A DNA stretch of 64,000 bases from Synechococcus sp. (GCA_051439425.1 JBFRWD010000110.1:28601-92600); one strand, 5' to 3'. Counted from the stretch's first letter, positions 29,379-41,287 are shown. Program-made: numbers and translations. Notes: a model not told the origin generated them from the sequence alone.

Positions 29379-30407
29379 CTAACTTCTATAGCTACTGCTG
29401 ACCACACGTTGAAGCTCGTCAAAGCGTTCGAGTACTTGACCGGTGCCTTCGACTACGCATCGGAGCGGATCGGCAGCGATGTGAACCAAAATACCAGTTT
29501 CGTGGGAAATCAAGGTGTCGAGCCCGCGTAGTAATGCCCCACCACCCGCCAGCACAATGCCGCGATCGATAATGTCTGCAGCTAATTCAGGTGGGGTGCG
29601 CTCCAATGTACTTTTGATCGCTTCCACAATTGTTGATAGAGATTCGGACATGCATTCGCGCACTTCCGGACTCTTGACGGTGACCGTGCGGGGCAGCCCC
29701 GACAGCATGTGCAAACCTCTCACCTCCAGAGATAACTCCTCTCGGGTGGGATAGGCAGAGCCGATGCGCATCTTGATTTCTTCTGCGGTTCGCTCCCCCA
29801 CCACTAAGTTATGAACTTTCTTGAGATAGAGCGAAATCGAGTCCGTCAGCTCGTCCCCAGCAATCCGAACAGATTCGCTGAGTACGGTGCCCTGCATACT
29901 GAGTACAGCCACTTCGGTCGTACCGCCACCGATGTCTATAATCATGTTGCCCGTGGGTTCGGTTACCGGGAGTCCGGCCCCGATCGCCGCCGCCATAGGC
30001 TCGTCTACTAAATGCACTTCGCGAGCCCCGGCTTGACCGGCGGCATCCATCACGGCCCGCCGCTCCACACCAGTAATCCCGCTGGGGACACCAATGACGA
30101 CACGCGGAGCCACCAGCGATCGTCCCTCGTGGACTCGGTGAATGAAATGCTTCAGCATCATCTCGGCAATGTCGATATCGACAATCACTCCATCCCGCAG
30201 GGGACGAACAGCATCGATATTGCGGGGGGTACGCCCCAAAATTTGTTTAGCTTCAGCACCAATATGGAGTGGGACTCGCGTTTGTTGGTCGATCGCCACC
30301 ACAGACGGTTCCGCAAGAACAACCCCCCTACCGGCAAGAAATACCAGCGTATTTGCTGTGCCCAAGTCAATTCCCATATCGCGGGAAAACCGGTCAAAAA
30401 TTCCCAC
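29379..30407 (-). CDS. mreB: Rod shape-determining protein MreB
   Basis: GIDLGTANT, EPSVVA, RPLRDGVI, IDIGGGTTEVA and LAGGGALL. Confidence 0.98.
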   Translation of the reverse strand: MGIFDRFSRDMGIDLGTANTLVFLAGRGVVLAEPSVVAIDQQTRVPLHIGAEAKQILGRTPRNIDAVRPLRDGVIVDIDIAEMMLKHFIHRVHEGRSLVAPRVVIGVPSGITGVERRAVMDAAGQAGAREVHLVDEPMAAAIGAGLPVTEPTGNMIIDIGGGTTEVAVLSMQGTVLSESVRIAGDELTDSISLYLKKVHNLVVGERTAEEIKMRIGSAYPTREELSLEVRGLHMLSGLPRTVTVKSPEVRECMSESLSTIVEAIKSTLERTPPELAADIIDRGIVLAGGGALLRGLDTLISHETGILVHIAADPLRCVVEGTGQVLERFDELQRVVSSSYRS

Positions 30408-30970
30408 CGTCGTTCACCCCGTAGTTAACACGCTAATTACAGTCCCAACCCAATTGTTACCTGCCCAACCACTGACGTCTCGCTAACAATGCAAATGCTT
30501 TAACGATGTAAATGATTTAATCGTGCTTATCCTCTTTAGCAATGGGATTTTCTGCTCCTTGCGAGGCAAAGCCCTCCCTTGCTTAACGCTCTTGCGCCCA
30601 ATTTTATGTAGATACCAACAACCGACCAGCGCCTAAATCGACTCACCCAAATAACTTGGAGATCGTGTCAACGCTATCGAGAGGGATATCCAAAGCAAGG
30701 AAGGCAGCCAACGTTACCTGTATAGCAAAAACAACGTAGGCTCGCTTGCTAGACACAAATTATTCAACACAGGGCCAGTGTACTTCAGGCAATCTCAACA
30801 GACATCCTTAGTAAATCATGATTTTTTGACGGTTAATTTGTCCTAGCGTTGGACATTTTTGATAGCGAAAATCATCTACCGTTGCATCAAAGTACCTTTC
30901 GAATTTAATAGTATCGATGCAGTTAATGCGGACTCAGGTCTACTGTTTTTCAGTTAGAGTCCCGTCATAT

Positions 30971-31681
30971 TTAGAAATCGCCATCCAGTCCCAGTTCCTC
31001 GTATTTGGCTTTGACTTTTTGAATGTCTTGCCACATTAGCCATTTCGGGCTGCCTTGCTTGCGAGACTGGTTCCTCAATAGGTACGCAGGGTGAAAAATC
31101 GGCATCGTCAAGCGGCCTTCCCACTCAAACCATTCCCCACGGATCTTAGTGATGCCCCGCTTCTCCTTCAAGATGGCCCGCACGGCGGTTGCCCCGGTCA
31201 GCAGAATAATTTGCGGATCGATAATGCGAATCTGTTCCATCAGGTATGGCTTACAGGCATCCATCTCGGCAGGGCTGGGAGTGCGGTTGCCAGGGGGACG
31301 ACATTTGACCACGTTACAGATATAGACATCCGCTTGGGGGTCGAGTTCGACGGATTGGAGGATTTTGTCCAAGAGCTGGCCGGACTTGCCTACAAACGGT
31401 AATCCCTGTTCGTCTTCGTTCTGTCCCGGCCCTTCCCCAATCACCATCAACTTGGCCTGTGGGTTCCCTCGCTGAACCACAATATTGGTGCGTCCGGTAT
31501 GGAGTTCACAGCGCTGACAACGTCCGCAATGGTCTTTCAGGGCCTCAAGAGTATCGTAAGTGCCCGGCGGAATGGGGATTGAATTATCGAGTGGTATGCG
31601 TTCTTGCAGGTCGCCCACAAGAGGTGTGGGACTTTCAGCTTGAGCGGTACCAAAAAGAGAAGGTTGCAGGTCGTCTGTCAT
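30971..31681 (-). CDS. Uracil-DNA glycosylase, family 4 (Fe-S)
   Basis: CQRCEL, IGEGPG, PFVGKSG, NVVKCRPPGNR and FHPAYLLR. Confidence 0.93.
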   Translation of the reverse strand: MTDDLQPSLFGTAQAESPTPLVGDLQERIPLDNSIPIPPGTYDTLEALKDHCGRCQRCELHTGRTNIVVQRGNPQAKLMVIGEGPGQNEDEQGLPFVGKSGQLLDKILQSVELDPQADVYICNVVKCRPPGNRTPSPAEMDACKPYLMEQIRIIDPQIILLTGATAVRAILKEKRGITKIRGEWFEWEGRLTMPIFHPAYLLRNQSRKQGSPKWLMWQDIQKVKAKYEELGLDGDF

Positions 31682-31963
31682 GCAGGGGCCAACGGTAGAC
31701 GGTTATTGCCCTTCATTATGGTGGGGAGCGCTCGCCTCTCCCGCTCCGCTCTTAGTTTTTCTCAAGCTCTGATTGAATGGCCGTAAACACCCCATGGCAG
31801 ATATTTCAGGTATGTTGTCTTGAATTATGCCGAGAGTCCTCTTTATTTGAATGAGATAGCAAGCGCCATAACCCATTTGCCTACAATCCGACAGAACGCC
31901 ACAATGAGGGCTACCTTGTAGACACATCCCAACCTATTCACCCTTGCTAGTGCCTCTTGCGGA

Positions 31964-32944
31964 ATGAAAGACATCAATTACCTGCGCATTAGCCTGATCG
32001 ATCGCTGCAATTTTCGCTGTCAGTACTGCATGCCTGGTGACGAGGAGATGGCCTGGCTGGAGCGACAGGAGCTTCTGACCAAAGACGAGCTGCTGTTTCT
32101 GTTGCAATCGGTGTTTATTCCACTGGGATTTGACAAGTTTCGCTTGACGGGAGGAGAGCCGCTGCTACGTCGAGATGTAGTGGAGCTAGTACGAGAAATT
32201 CAGCAGTTGGGCGGAGTGGCAGATTTGGCCATGACCACCAATGGCTATGTATTGGAGGAGAAAGCCGAGCAGTTGTACGAGGCAGGCCTGAGACGCATCA
32301 ACATCAGCTTGGATTCACTCGATGCAGATACGTTCCGGCACATTACTGGACGGGATTTGTGGAGCAAGGTGTGGGGAGGGATTAAAACGGCTTATGACGT
32401 TGGCTTCGATCCTCTGAAGTTGAATGTGGTAGTTATCCCGGGAGTAAACGATCGCGAAGTAGAAGACCTAGCAGCTTTGTCAATCGACCGGGCTTGGCAC
32501 GTACGCTTCATCGAATTTATGCCAATTGGGAATGACCTGTTGTTTGGCGATCGCGGCTGGGTGGATTCGGAACGGCTACGGCAGCGGATCCGCGATCGGT
32601 TTGGATTGGAAGCGGGAACGGTGACTGGGAATGGCCCCGCCGATATTTTCCGTATCCCAGGAGCCAAAGGGACGCTGGGGTTCATTAGTCAGATGTCGGA
32701 GTGTTTTTGCGAGAACTGCAATCGGATTCGCCTATCGGCAGATGGTTGGTTGCGCCCCTGTTTATTGAACGAGTCCGGACAAATTGACCTCAAATCGGCA
32801 CTGAGAAGCGGAGAGTCAGCTGACAGCCTGCAAACCCGGGTGAAGACCTTGCTGCAAGAGAAAGAGGATATTAATTTCATCGATCGCAATCGCGGCACCA
32901 CCGGACAGCGCTACACACGCACGATGTCTCAAATTGGTGGCTAA
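31964..32944 (+). CDS. moaA: GTP 3',8-cyclase MoaA
   Basis: [24 protein letters not shown]-terminal [10 protein letters not shown]...PCL and a terminal MSQIGG. Confidence 0.97.
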   Translation: MKDINYLRISLIDRCNFRCQYCMPGDEEMAWLERQELLTKDELLFLLQSVFIPLGFDKFRLTGGEPLLRRDVVELVREIQQLGGVADLAMTTNGYVLEEKAEQLYEAGLRRINISLDSLDADTFRHITGRDLWSKVWGGIKTAYDVGFDPLKLNVVVIPGVNDREVEDLAALSIDRAWHVRFIEFMPIGNDLLFGDRGWVDSERLRQRIRDRFGLEAGTVTGNGPADIFRIPGAKGTLGFISQMSECFCENCNRIRLSADGWLRPCLLNESGQIDLKSALRSGESADSLQTRVKTLLQEKEDINFIDRNRGTTGQRYTRTMSQIGG

Positions 32945-32993
32945 TGTCCCAACCAAGAAGCGGAATGGCCTGAGCGCACGTCATAAAAATGGC

Positions 32994-33031
32994 AAAAAGG
33001 AACTCCCTCCAAAATTGAATCTGGAGGGAGT
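32994..33031 (-). terminator. Intrinsic terminator (psb34 direction)
   Basis: ACTCCCTCCA/TGGAGGGAGT 10-bp stem; the A tract on its left gives a U tract on the minus strand. Confidence 0.7.
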
Positions 33032-33186
33032 CTGGTTGCAAGTTCTGCAATGCCTATCGACGGATACCTCAATATCTCCGAGATAGTAGAGAAAAGCCTT
33101 CAAGATTCATTCAATGCAAAAGTCAATTTGCGCAGCAGTCATTACCGAGATCTGCTCCCAGAAAACTGGCAGCAATTTGGCAATAA

Positions 33187-33357
33187 TTAGGATACCGAGA
33201 CGGCAACCCACATGAGGCCGCCGAGCAGAGCAACGGCAATCGCACCAAAAACGGCGTACTGGATCTTTTGCTGCTTAGTGGGAGGCTCAGCAATCCGATC
33301 TTTGGTTTCGACCGGGAAATTATTCATCACTCCGCGTTCATCTTGGGTATAGGGCAT
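33187..33357 (-). CDS. psb34: Photosystem II assembly factor Psb34 (Ssl1498 family), 56 aa (not in the ORF track)
   Basis: MPYTQDERGVMNNFPVETKDRIAEPPTKQQKIQYAVFGAIAVALLGGLMWVAVSVS carries the YT..E.G..NNF..E...AEPP signature and a C-terminal TM helix. Confidence 0.85.
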   Translation of the reverse strand: MPYTQDERGVMNNFPVETKDRIAEPPTKQQKIQYAVFGAIAVALLGGLMWVAVSVS

Positions 33358-33925
33358 TGGGGACTCCGAACTTAACCATTTGATAAATAACTATAAGTCA
33401 TTGTCATGACGGGTGCAGGAGTGAAAGGACAGGCGGGCATTGGAAAACATAGCCTCTGTTCGAGCGACCTCTTTAGGCCTCAAACATCAACGAGTCGACT
33501 CAGTAGTTGGGAATATGGCGATCGCCAATCCGCAATGGAGAGTTTCCTAAGTGCTTTTCCTTGCCAATGAAGGATTCTAGCGGTCTCAACACTCCAAACC
33601 GTAGAGCAGATTGCTATCCCTGCGGCCCTATCCAGTCAGTTTGGACAATCGGTGTGAAGGGTTGATTGGGATTGATGGGAATCGAGGGAAGGGCGCAATC
33701 GAAACGGTCTGCCCACTTGTCGATCTATTGGGAATAGTCAGGCGATCGCAATCACTTAGCTGAAGGGTCTGACAATCGTGACTTTTGGGAAGAAAGATGT
33801 GCCAAAGGCCCATACAATGGGATAGTTTTGCCTTGCCGTAGAAACGTAGCGAGTGTTACATCGGGGTTTCCGCCGATGTTAGCCGGTACCCACAACTCGG
33901 CCCTCACAACAATTAGGAGACGTCC

Positions 33926-36900
33926 ATGCCGCGCCGCAATGACCTGCAGAAGATTCTGTTGATTGGGGCTGGCCCGATTGTAATTGGTCAGGCATGTGAA
34001 TTCGATTATTCGGGAACTCAAGCCTGCAAGGCATTGCGAGAAGAAGGCTACGACGTGGTGTTGGTTAATTCCAATCCGGCCACCATCATGACCGATCCGG
34101 CTACAGCAGAGCGTACCTATATCGAACCGGTGACGCCCGAATTTGTAGAACGAATTATTGCCCGCGAACAGCCGGATGCGATTTTGCCCACCATGGGGGG
34201 ACAGACGGCGTTAAACGTGGCGGTATCCCTGGCGGAAAGCGGCGTGTTGGACAAGTACAACGTCGAGCTGATTGGGGCGAATTTCGAGGCGATTAAGAAA
34301 GCAGAAGATCGCGATCTGTTTAAGCAAGCCATGCAAAAGATCGGTTTGTCGGTGCCTCGGTCGGGACTGGCGACCACGATGGATGAGGCTCGGGCGATCG
34401 CCACAGACATCGGCTATCCCCTCATTATCCGACCCGCCTTCACCTTAGGAGGTACCGGCGGAGGCGTGGCCTACAACCAAGAAGAATTCGAAGCAATTTG
34501 CTCCTCCGGTCTCGATGCCAGCCCCGTATCCCAAATCTTGGTGGAAGAGTCCATCATCGGCTGGAAGGAATTCGAGCTAGAGGTGATGCGCGATCTGGCA
34601 GATAACGTTGTGATTATTTGCTCCATCGAAAATATCGACCCGATGGGTGTCCATACTGGCGACTCCGTCACCGTTGCCCCTGCTCAGACTCTGACGGACA
34701 AGGAATACCAACGGTTGCGGGACTACTCCATCGCCATCATGCGCGAAATTGGCGTGGAAACCGGTGGCTCGAACGTGCAATTTGCCGTCAATCCGGTCAA
34801 TGGTGAAGTGCGCATCATCGAGATGAACCCACGGGTGTCGCGTTCTTCGGCGCTAGCGTCCAAAGCCACAGGATTTCCGATCGCCAAATTCGCCGCCAAG
34901 CTTGCAGTCGGCTACACCCTGCCAGAGATCGACAACGACATCACGCAAAAAACTCCTGCCAGCTTCGAGCCCACCATTGACTACGTCGTCGTCAAAGCTC
35001 CTCGATTTGCATTTGAGAAATTTCCCGGTTCAAAACCCATTCTGACCACTCAAATGAAGTCGGTTGGTGAAGCAATGTCCATCGGACGGACCTTCCAAGA
35101 GTCGCTGCAAAAGGCATTGCGTTCCCTAGAAATTGGCCGATTTGGATTCGGAGCAGACAAGGTCGAAGAATTACCTCCACTGGATGAAATTCGTGCGTCG
35201 TTGCGAGTCCCCAACCCGAAACGGTTATTGATGGTGCGAACCGCTTTCCTGGCCGGTATGAGCGCTGCCGAGATATTCAAACTCACCCAGATCGACCCCT
35301 GGTTTCTGGACAAGATGCAGGAGCTGGTGGAGATGGAGTTGTGGCTATCCAGGCAGTCAGTTGCCGATCTGGAAGCCGATGATTGGCGGGAGGCGAAGCG
35401 ATTGGGCTTTAGCGATCGCCAGCTAGCTCACCTACTGAACTCGAATGAGCAAGACACAAGAGCCACCAGAAAAGCACAAGGCATCATCCCCGTCTACAAG
35501 ACCGTAGACACCTGCGCCGCCGAATTCGAAGCCTTCACCCCCTACCAATACTCCACCTACGAATCTGCCAGCGAAATCTTTTCCTCCGACACCCCCAAGG
35601 TGATGATTCTGGGGGGTGGCCCCAACCGCATCGGACAGGGCATCGAGTTTGACTACTGCTGCTGTCATGCCTCCTACGCCATGCAGGATTCCGGCTACGA
35701 AGCCGTCATGGTCAATTCCAACCCCGAGACGGTATCCACCGACTACGACACCAGCGATCGCCTCTATTTCGAGCCCCTCACCCACGAGGACGTACTCAAC
35801 CTGATTGAAGTGGAACAGCCCGTTGGCATTATTGTCCAGTTCGGCGGTCAGACCCCGCTCAATCTGGCCCAAGGCTTGGCCGCGGCTGGAGCCCCCATTT
35901 GGGGCACGTCACCCGATGCCATTGATGTGGCGGAAGATCGGGAGCGGTTTGAGGCAATTTTGCGAGAGCTGGACATCGTGCAGCCAGCCAATGGAATTGC
36001 ACGGTCGTATGCCGAAGCACTAGCGATCGCTCAACGAGTAGAATATCCCGTTGTCGTTCGGCCCAGCTACGTGCTGGGGGGACGGGCGATGGAGATTGTC
36101 TATTCCGATGCAGATTTGAAGCGATATATCGAAGCGGCGGTCGAGGTCGATCCGGAGCGTCCCATTTTGGTAGATAAGTTCTTGGAAAATGCTGTCGAGG
36201 TCGATGTTGACGCGATCGCTGATAAAACCGGAGCTGTCACCATCGGCGGCATTATGGAGCACATCGAACAAGCAGGTATTCATTCGGGTGACTCCGCTTG
36301 CATTTTGCCCACGCGCACCTTGTCAGCCGAAGTCTTGCAGACCATTCGCAACTGGACCCACAAATTAGCCCAGAAACTCGGCGTAATCGGCTTGATGAAC
36401 GTACAGTACGCCGTTAAAGATGACTGCGTGTATGTCTTAGAAGCAAATCCACGCGCATCCCGTACCGTCCCATTTGTCAGCAAAGCAATTGGAGTTCCGT
36501 TAGCTCGCTATGCTGCATTGATTATGAGCGGCAAGACACTTAAGGATATTGGCTACACCGAAGAAGTCATCCCCCCCCACATCTCCGTAAAAGAGGCTGT
36601 ATTGCCGTTCAACAAATTCCCAGGCACCGACACAATTTTGGGGCCGGAGATGCGTTCGACGGGCGAGGTGATGGGCATTGATACCGACTTCGGGCGAGCG
36701 TTTGCTAAAGCACAGCTTGGGGCAGGGCAAACATTGCCGCTGTCGGGGAAAGTGTTTATTACGGTGAGCGATCGCGACAAATCCGCTGTTGTAGATCTGG
36801 CCAAAGAGCTTCTGGAATTAGGGTTCTCGCTGATTTCGACCGAGGGCACCCAAAAGTTTTTAAGCGCTCGCGGCCTAAAAGTAGAGCGCATTCTCAAACT

Positions 36901-37141
36901 GCACGAAGGGCGTCCGCACGTAGTAGATGCAATCAAAAATCACGATGTATCGCTGATTATCAATACCCCCTCAGGAGGTGAAGCGCAGATCGATGGTCGC
37001 AAGATTCGCCGCAGTGCACTGCTGTATAAAGTGCCGCTGATTACAACGCTAGCTGGAGCGCGGGCCACGGTTGCAGCAATTCGCTCCTTGCAAACTGGCG
37101 AACTTGGGGTGAAGTCCATTCAGGAATACCACAAACGTTAA
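33926..37141 (+). CDS. carB: Carbamoyl-phosphate synthase large subunit
   Basis: 1071 aa; [18 protein letters not shown], two ATP-grasp halves and a C-terminal MGS-like domain. Confidence 0.98.
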   Translation: MPRRNDLQKILLIGAGPIVIGQACEFDYSGTQACKALREEGYDVVLVNSNPATIMTDPATAERTYIEPVTPEFVERIIAREQPDAILPTMGGQTALNVAVSLAESGVLDKYNVELIGANFEAIKKAEDRDLFKQAMQKIGLSVPRSGLATTMDEARAIATDIGYPLIIRPAFTLGGTGGGVAYNQEEFEAICSSGLDASPVSQILVEESIIGWKEFELEVMRDLADNVVIICSIENIDPMGVHTGDSVTVAPAQTLTDKEYQRLRDYSIAIMREIGVETGGSNVQFAVNPVNGEVRIIEMNPRVSRSSALASKATGFPIAKFAAKLAVGYTLPEIDNDITQKTPASFEPTIDYVVVKAPRFAFEKFPGSKPILTTQMKSVGEAMSIGRTFQESLQKALRSLEIGRFGFGADKVEELPPLDEIRASLRVPNPKRLLMVRTAFLAGMSAAEIFKLTQIDPWFLDKMQELVEMELWLSRQSVADLEADDWREAKRLGFSDRQLAHLLNSNEQDTRATRKAQGIIPVYKTVDTCAAEFEAFTPYQYSTYESASEIFSSDTPKVMILGGGPNRIGQGIEFDYCCCHASYAMQDSGYEAVMVNSNPETVSTDYDTSDRLYFEPLTHEDVLNLIEVEQPVGIIVQFGGQTPLNLAQGLAAAGAPIWGTSPDAIDVAEDRERFEAILRELDIVQPANGIARSYAEALAIAQRVEYPVVVRPSYVLGGRAMEIVYSDADLKRYIEAAVEVDPERPILVDKFLENAVEVDVDAIADKTGAVTIGGIMEHIEQAGIHSGDSACILPTRTLSAEVLQTIRNWTHKLAQKLGVIGLMNVQYAVKDDCVYVLEANPRASRTVPFVSKAIGVPLARYAALIMSGKTLKDIGYTEEVIPPHISVKEAVLPFNKFPGTDTILGPEMRSTGEVMGIDTDFGRAFAKAQLGAGQTLPLSGKVFITVSDRDKSAVVDLAKELLELGFSLISTEGTQKFLSARGLKVERILKLHEGRPHVVDAIKNHDVSLIINTPSGGEAQIDGRKIRRSALLYKVPLITTLAGARATVAAIRSLQTGELGVKSIQEYHKR

Positions 37142-37270
37142 GAAAAGGTAGTAATTGTCACTATTAGCCACCAGATGCAGTTGCGTCTTAACGTCTGTTG
37201 AAGGTTACCTAAAATCATGATGTGATGAGTCTAGGCCTGCATCGCCGATCCAACCACGTTGACTCAACTT

Positions 37271-37585
37271 ATGGCTGCCACCCCATCTCGTACTAGTTCG
37301 AAATTGGCTCTTTTTGCCATCGGCTCATTTGCTCTCTCTCTACTACTACTTGTGCCTGAAGCACAGTCTCAGGAAGAATTTCGAAGAGCACAACAACAAC
37401 AGCTTCGGCAACAGCTGCAACAACGGCAGGTCAGATCGCTGGGGGCCAGTCCCTATAGAGATCCCTACCGACGCGACATCCATCGAAATCCCTATCGCGA
37501 TCGATTCGAGCCAGTTGGGGAGGTTCCTACGACTCCCCAAACTTCGATCGAGCGCTTCCGCCAAGGGGTAGAACGGTTCCGCTAG
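37271..37585 (+). CDS. Small exported hypothetical protein (Gln-rich, PYRD repeats)
   Basis: Signal-like hydrophobic stretch ending PEAQS, a Gln-rich run and PYRDPYRRDIHRNPYRD. Confidence 0.55.
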   Translation: MAATPSRTSSKLALFAIGSFALSLLLLVPEAQSQEEFRRAQQQQLRQQLQQRQVRSLGASPYRDPYRRDIHRNPYRDRFEPVGEVPTTPQTSIERFRQGVERFR

Positions 37586-37695
37586 ATGGCAATCCCCCGG
37601 ATATCAGGCAGATGCCTGAAAAGCTCTTGCAGGACAGGACGTCCAGGATGCTAGCCTTGCCCATTCTAAGAACTACAGGTGTATGCGGGCAATGG

Positions 37696-39216
37696 TCAGG
37701 CCACTGGTGCCTCCGTCTGGCTTTGTAATGCCAAACCGATCGCCTCTAGCATTCCCCGCGCCTTATTCAACGTCTCCTGATATTCCTTCTCGGGATCGGA
37801 ATCCGCTACCACCCCTGCCCCTGCCTGCACGGAAACCTGGCCATTTTTCAGTACAAGCGTCCGAATGGTGATAGCTGTATTCAGTTGTCCGGTGAAATCG
37901 TAGAACCCGTAAGCACCCGAGTAAGGACCGCGACGTAGTCCTTCCAATTCGTTAATAATCTGCATGGCGCGAATTTTGGGGGCACCGCTGACGGTTCCAG
38001 CCGGGAATGTTGCCTTGAGCAAATCCCAAGCGCTTTGACCGGCCAACAAGTCACCCACCACATTGCTAACAATGTGCATGACATGGCTGTAGCGCTCGAT
38101 AATCATGAGCTCGTCTACAGATACTGTGCCGCGCTCGCACACCCGTCCCAAATCGTTCCGCCCCAGGTCCACCAGCATGACGTGCTCCGCCCGCTCTTTT
38201 GGATCGGCCAGCAATTCGTTGGCCAGCACTACATCGTCCGCCTTCGTTTTGCCACGTGGACGGGTACCGGCAATAGGACGCACAGCCGCGATAGAACGAT
38301 CGCCCAACCGATCCAGTTTCACCATCACTTCAGGGCTGGAGCCAATCAATTGCATATCCCCCAATTGCAAATACGCCATATAGGGAGAGGGGTTGATCAG
38401 ACGTAAAGCCCGAAACAGCGTAAACGGATCGCCAGAATAGGGGGTAGTCAGCCGTTGAGACAGCACCACCTGAAAGATATCCCCCGCATTAATGTATTCC
38501 TTACCCTTCGTCACCATTTCGCAGAAGCGATCGCGGCTGATGCTAGCTTGATACGGAATATCGGTCGTACGGGGCAATTGCCAGTTAAGGGATAAGCGAT
38601 CGGTGGCTAGCGGGGCAGTAAGCTTGCTAGCAATTGCTTCCAAACGCTCGCAGGCGGAGCGGTAGGCGTCTTCTACCGAGTCATTCTGCAGATCGGCATA
38701 AGTAATCACCAAAATCTTCCGTTTGACCTGGTCAAAGATCAGAATACTATCCACCTGCATCAGCAGGCTGTCTGGAGCATCGTCATCCTCCGGTTGGAAC
38801 ACCGGCACCTTGGGTTCAATCCAGCGCATTAGATCGTATCCCCAGTACCCCACTAATCCTGCAATGCTGGTGGGAAGTTCGGGTAGATGAACGGGGTTAA
38901 GCGGTTCGAGACAGGTGGCCAAGGCGTTAAATGGATCGCCCTCAAAAGTACGATACGTCCCATCACGAAAGATTTGAGTAGTGAGTTCTCCACGAGTCTC
39001 CAAAACCCACAGAGGATCGCAGCCCAGAAAGCTGTAGCGACCCACTTGCTCTCCCCCCTCAACCGATTCCAGTAAAAAGCTATAGGGGCGATCGGCACAG
39101 ACTCGATACCATGCAGAAACCGGCGTTTCCAGATCGGCCACAAATTCTCGATAGACAGGAATGAAGTTACCTTCATCTGCCAGATGTTTGAAGCGAGTTA
39201 AGTCGGGGAACACCAC
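37696..39216 (-). CDS. trpE: Anthranilate synthase component I
   Basis: ADLETPVSAW, FLLESVEGGE..GRYS, NPSPYM, AEHVMLVDLGRND and FPAGTVSGAPK; start trimmed to the GTG at 39216. Confidence 0.95.
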   Translation of the reverse strand: MVFPDLTRFKHLADEGNFIPVYREFVADLETPVSAWYRVCADRPYSFLLESVEGGEQVGRYSFLGCDPLWVLETRGELTTQIFRDGTYRTFEGDPFNALATCLEPLNPVHLPELPTSIAGLVGYWGYDLMRWIEPKVPVFQPEDDDAPDSLLMQVDSILIFDQVKRKILVITYADLQNDSVEDAYRSACERLEAIASKLTAPLATDRLSLNWQLPRTTDIPYQASISRDRFCEMVTKGKEYINAGDIFQVVLSQRLTTPYSGDPFTLFRALRLINPSPYMAYLQLGDMQLIGSSPEVMVKLDRLGDRSIAAVRPIAGTRPRGKTKADDVVLANELLADPKERAEHVMLVDLGRNDLGRVCERGTVSVDELMIIERYSHVMHIVSNVVGDLLAGQSAWDLLKATFPAGTVSGAPKIRAMQIINELEGLRRGPYSGAYGFYDFTGQLNTAITIRTLVLKNGQVSVQAGAGVVADSDPEKEYQETLNKARGMLEAIGLALQSQTEAPVA

Positions 39217-39345
39217 GGTTGCGTATCGATTCTGTATTTTCAGTATTTCGACTTTACCCCGAACTGCTCGCCAGGACAGAGGATTCGACAAGAGGAATGC
39301 ACGGTCGAAAACTGGCGACAGCAATAGAGATAGGGCCAGCCTGTA

Positions 39346-41088
39346 TCAATAACGGGTCGATCGATGATGGGGGGTAGCTTCGACATCAGCAGGATTGAGA
39401 TTCTCGCCCGTCGCCCCATCTCGCCCAGCTTCAGAACGAACCTCAACCGCTGGTTGCGCAGGCAGTTTGACCACGAAGGATGTCCCAACCCCCTCAGTAC
39501 TCACAACCGTAATTTGCCCCTTATGATAGTCAACACAGTGTTTAACAATCGCGAGTCCTAATCCCGTGCCGCGAATGGTACCGACATTTCTTGCCCGGTG
39601 AAATGGCTGGAATAGGTGGGGCTGATCGGCGCTTGGGATACCAATGCCGCAATCTCGAATTTCAAAAATAATCTGCTCGTTTAGCCAGAAGACCTCCAAG
39701 CTAACTGGAGTGTCTCGGTCGGAATACTTAACAGCATTGAAGATGAGATTGGTCAGAATAATGTGCAGCAGTTTGGGATCGACGCAGGCGCTTGTCTCGG
39801 TTCCGTGGTACTCGAATGTGATGGTGCAGGCTTTTTGCAGCCCCAGCCGAATCTCTTCAAGGGTGTCTTTGCAGAACTTAGAGACGTCAATCTTAACCGG
39901 GTGAAACTTCAGTTTGCCGGCCTCTGCTTTACCGGCAACCAACACATCCTCAATCAACTGAGCCATTGTTTTAATAGCGCCCTGAATGCGCTGGTAGTAT
40001 TCTTTGCGCTTGGCAGACGCAATTTGATTACCGTAGTGTTCGAGCAATTCAGAGGATGTTCGAATAACCGTGAGAGGGGTTCTCAATTCATGAGACACCA
40101 TGGAAATAAACCGAGACGTCAGTTCATTTAACTCACGCTCTTCCTCTAATGCATGGCGCATTTCATCTTCAGTTTGCTGAACTTCGATAATCAGTTGCTC
40201 CCGAGTGCGGATTTGGTCTAGGGTCGCCTCCATTACCTCCGCAAGCGTATTCATTTCATCAGGGAAACGGCTGGGAGCATCAAATTGAACTCCGCTATCG
40301 TAATCTCCGGAACCAATTAACCGGGCTGAGTGGGTTAGAGACGTTAAGTTCTTAGTCAATACCCCTGAAATCCAGTACACGATCCCAAATAAAATCACGT
40401 AGGCAATTGCATACCATTGCAGAGTCTCGATTAAGATCCCTCGACGCATAAATTGGACGTAATCCAGCTCAATATCGATCCCGATACCGGCTACCACTTG
40501 TCCCGAGTCGTCAAGTAGAGGAGCATAGGCGCTAATCCAACTCCCCCAAAAATCGGTATAAGGCTGTGGGCGCTGAACTAATATTCCGTCCTGCAAGCTC
40601 AACTGCATCCACTCACTGGCACTGTACGGTTCGAGGAACTTAGCGGCTTTATCCGCATCAACATCAGCCCAGGAATCAACCAGGAAGATCACTTCGTATC
40701 CAGTTGCAGGCGATCCGATCCGGCGAGGGTTGGTAACTCCAGAGGTCGGAACGTACGTATATAGCCAAGCTCGCGGCTCGATGCTGTTGACCAACTTCAA
40801 CCAAGCCAGTTGGGACGTATACCGTTCGTCATCGGAAAACTGTTGGCCATTCGGCTCTCCGTCACGGTACAACGCCAACAGCTCCTGGACGTTGACTCCT
40901 GCCGAGGCCCCCGTCAACGTATCTTCCATGTCCTTTCGCAATCGCCCAATCGCCCGCTCGGTCGAAAAATGATAGGAGCGATAGCAAGCACCCACAAACA
41001 GCAGCGTAAAAACGATGCTGAACGTCAGCAACAGCTTTGTACGCAAACTAATAAACCTGCCTGACGGTCGAGATGAAAGAAACGTCAT
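39346..41088 (-). CDS. HAMP-domain sensor histidine kinase
   Basis: Two TM helices, HAMP, H-box SHELRTPL, N-box NAVKY and G boxes DCGIGI and GTGLGL. Confidence 0.94.
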   Translation of the reverse strand: MTFLSSRPSGRFISLRTKLLLTFSIVFTLLFVGACYRSYHFSTERAIGRLRKDMEDTLTGASAGVNVQELLALYRDGEPNGQQFSDDERYTSQLAWLKLVNSIEPRAWLYTYVPTSGVTNPRRIGSPATGYEVIFLVDSWADVDADKAAKFLEPYSASEWMQLSLQDGILVQRPQPYTDFWGSWISAYAPLLDDSGQVVAGIGIDIELDYVQFMRRGILIETLQWYAIAYVILFGIVYWISGVLTKNLTSLTHSARLIGSGDYDSGVQFDAPSRFPDEMNTLAEVMEATLDQIRTREQLIIEVQQTEDEMRHALEEERELNELTSRFISMVSHELRTPLTVIRTSSELLEHYGNQIASAKRKEYYQRIQGAIKTMAQLIEDVLVAGKAEAGKLKFHPVKIDVSKFCKDTLEEIRLGLQKACTITFEYHGTETSACVDPKLLHIILTNLIFNAVKYSDRDTPVSLEVFWLNEQIIFEIRDCGIGIPSADQPHLFQPFHRARNVGTIRGTGLGLAIVKHCVDYHKGQITVVSTEGVGTSFVVKLPAQPAVEVRSEAGRDGATGENLNPADVEATPHHRSTRY

Positions 41089-41287
41089 ACTCTCGTAAAA
41101 CCGTAGCCCCTAAAAACATAAGCGACGAGTGCAAAGGCAAACCTCAAAAAGGCTCGGCTCCTCAAAAAGGCTTGACTATAGATAAGAAACATCTATCAAC
41201 ATAGAGCGATTCCACTACTTTCCCATGCCTCACTCTATCTATTGCATGGAGTTCCAGCCAGTACATATTTCTAAATTAAGTTTTCAA

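Noticed and set aside
30408..30970. 560-bp intergenic region upstream of mreB as a possible sRNA locus
   Set aside because: No convincing ORF, terminator or known RNA motif; consistent with a long promoter or UTR.
33858..33879. Hairpin ACATCGG...CCGATGT in the carB leader
   Set aside because: Short stem with no U tract and no PyrR-binding consensus, so attenuation cannot be supported.
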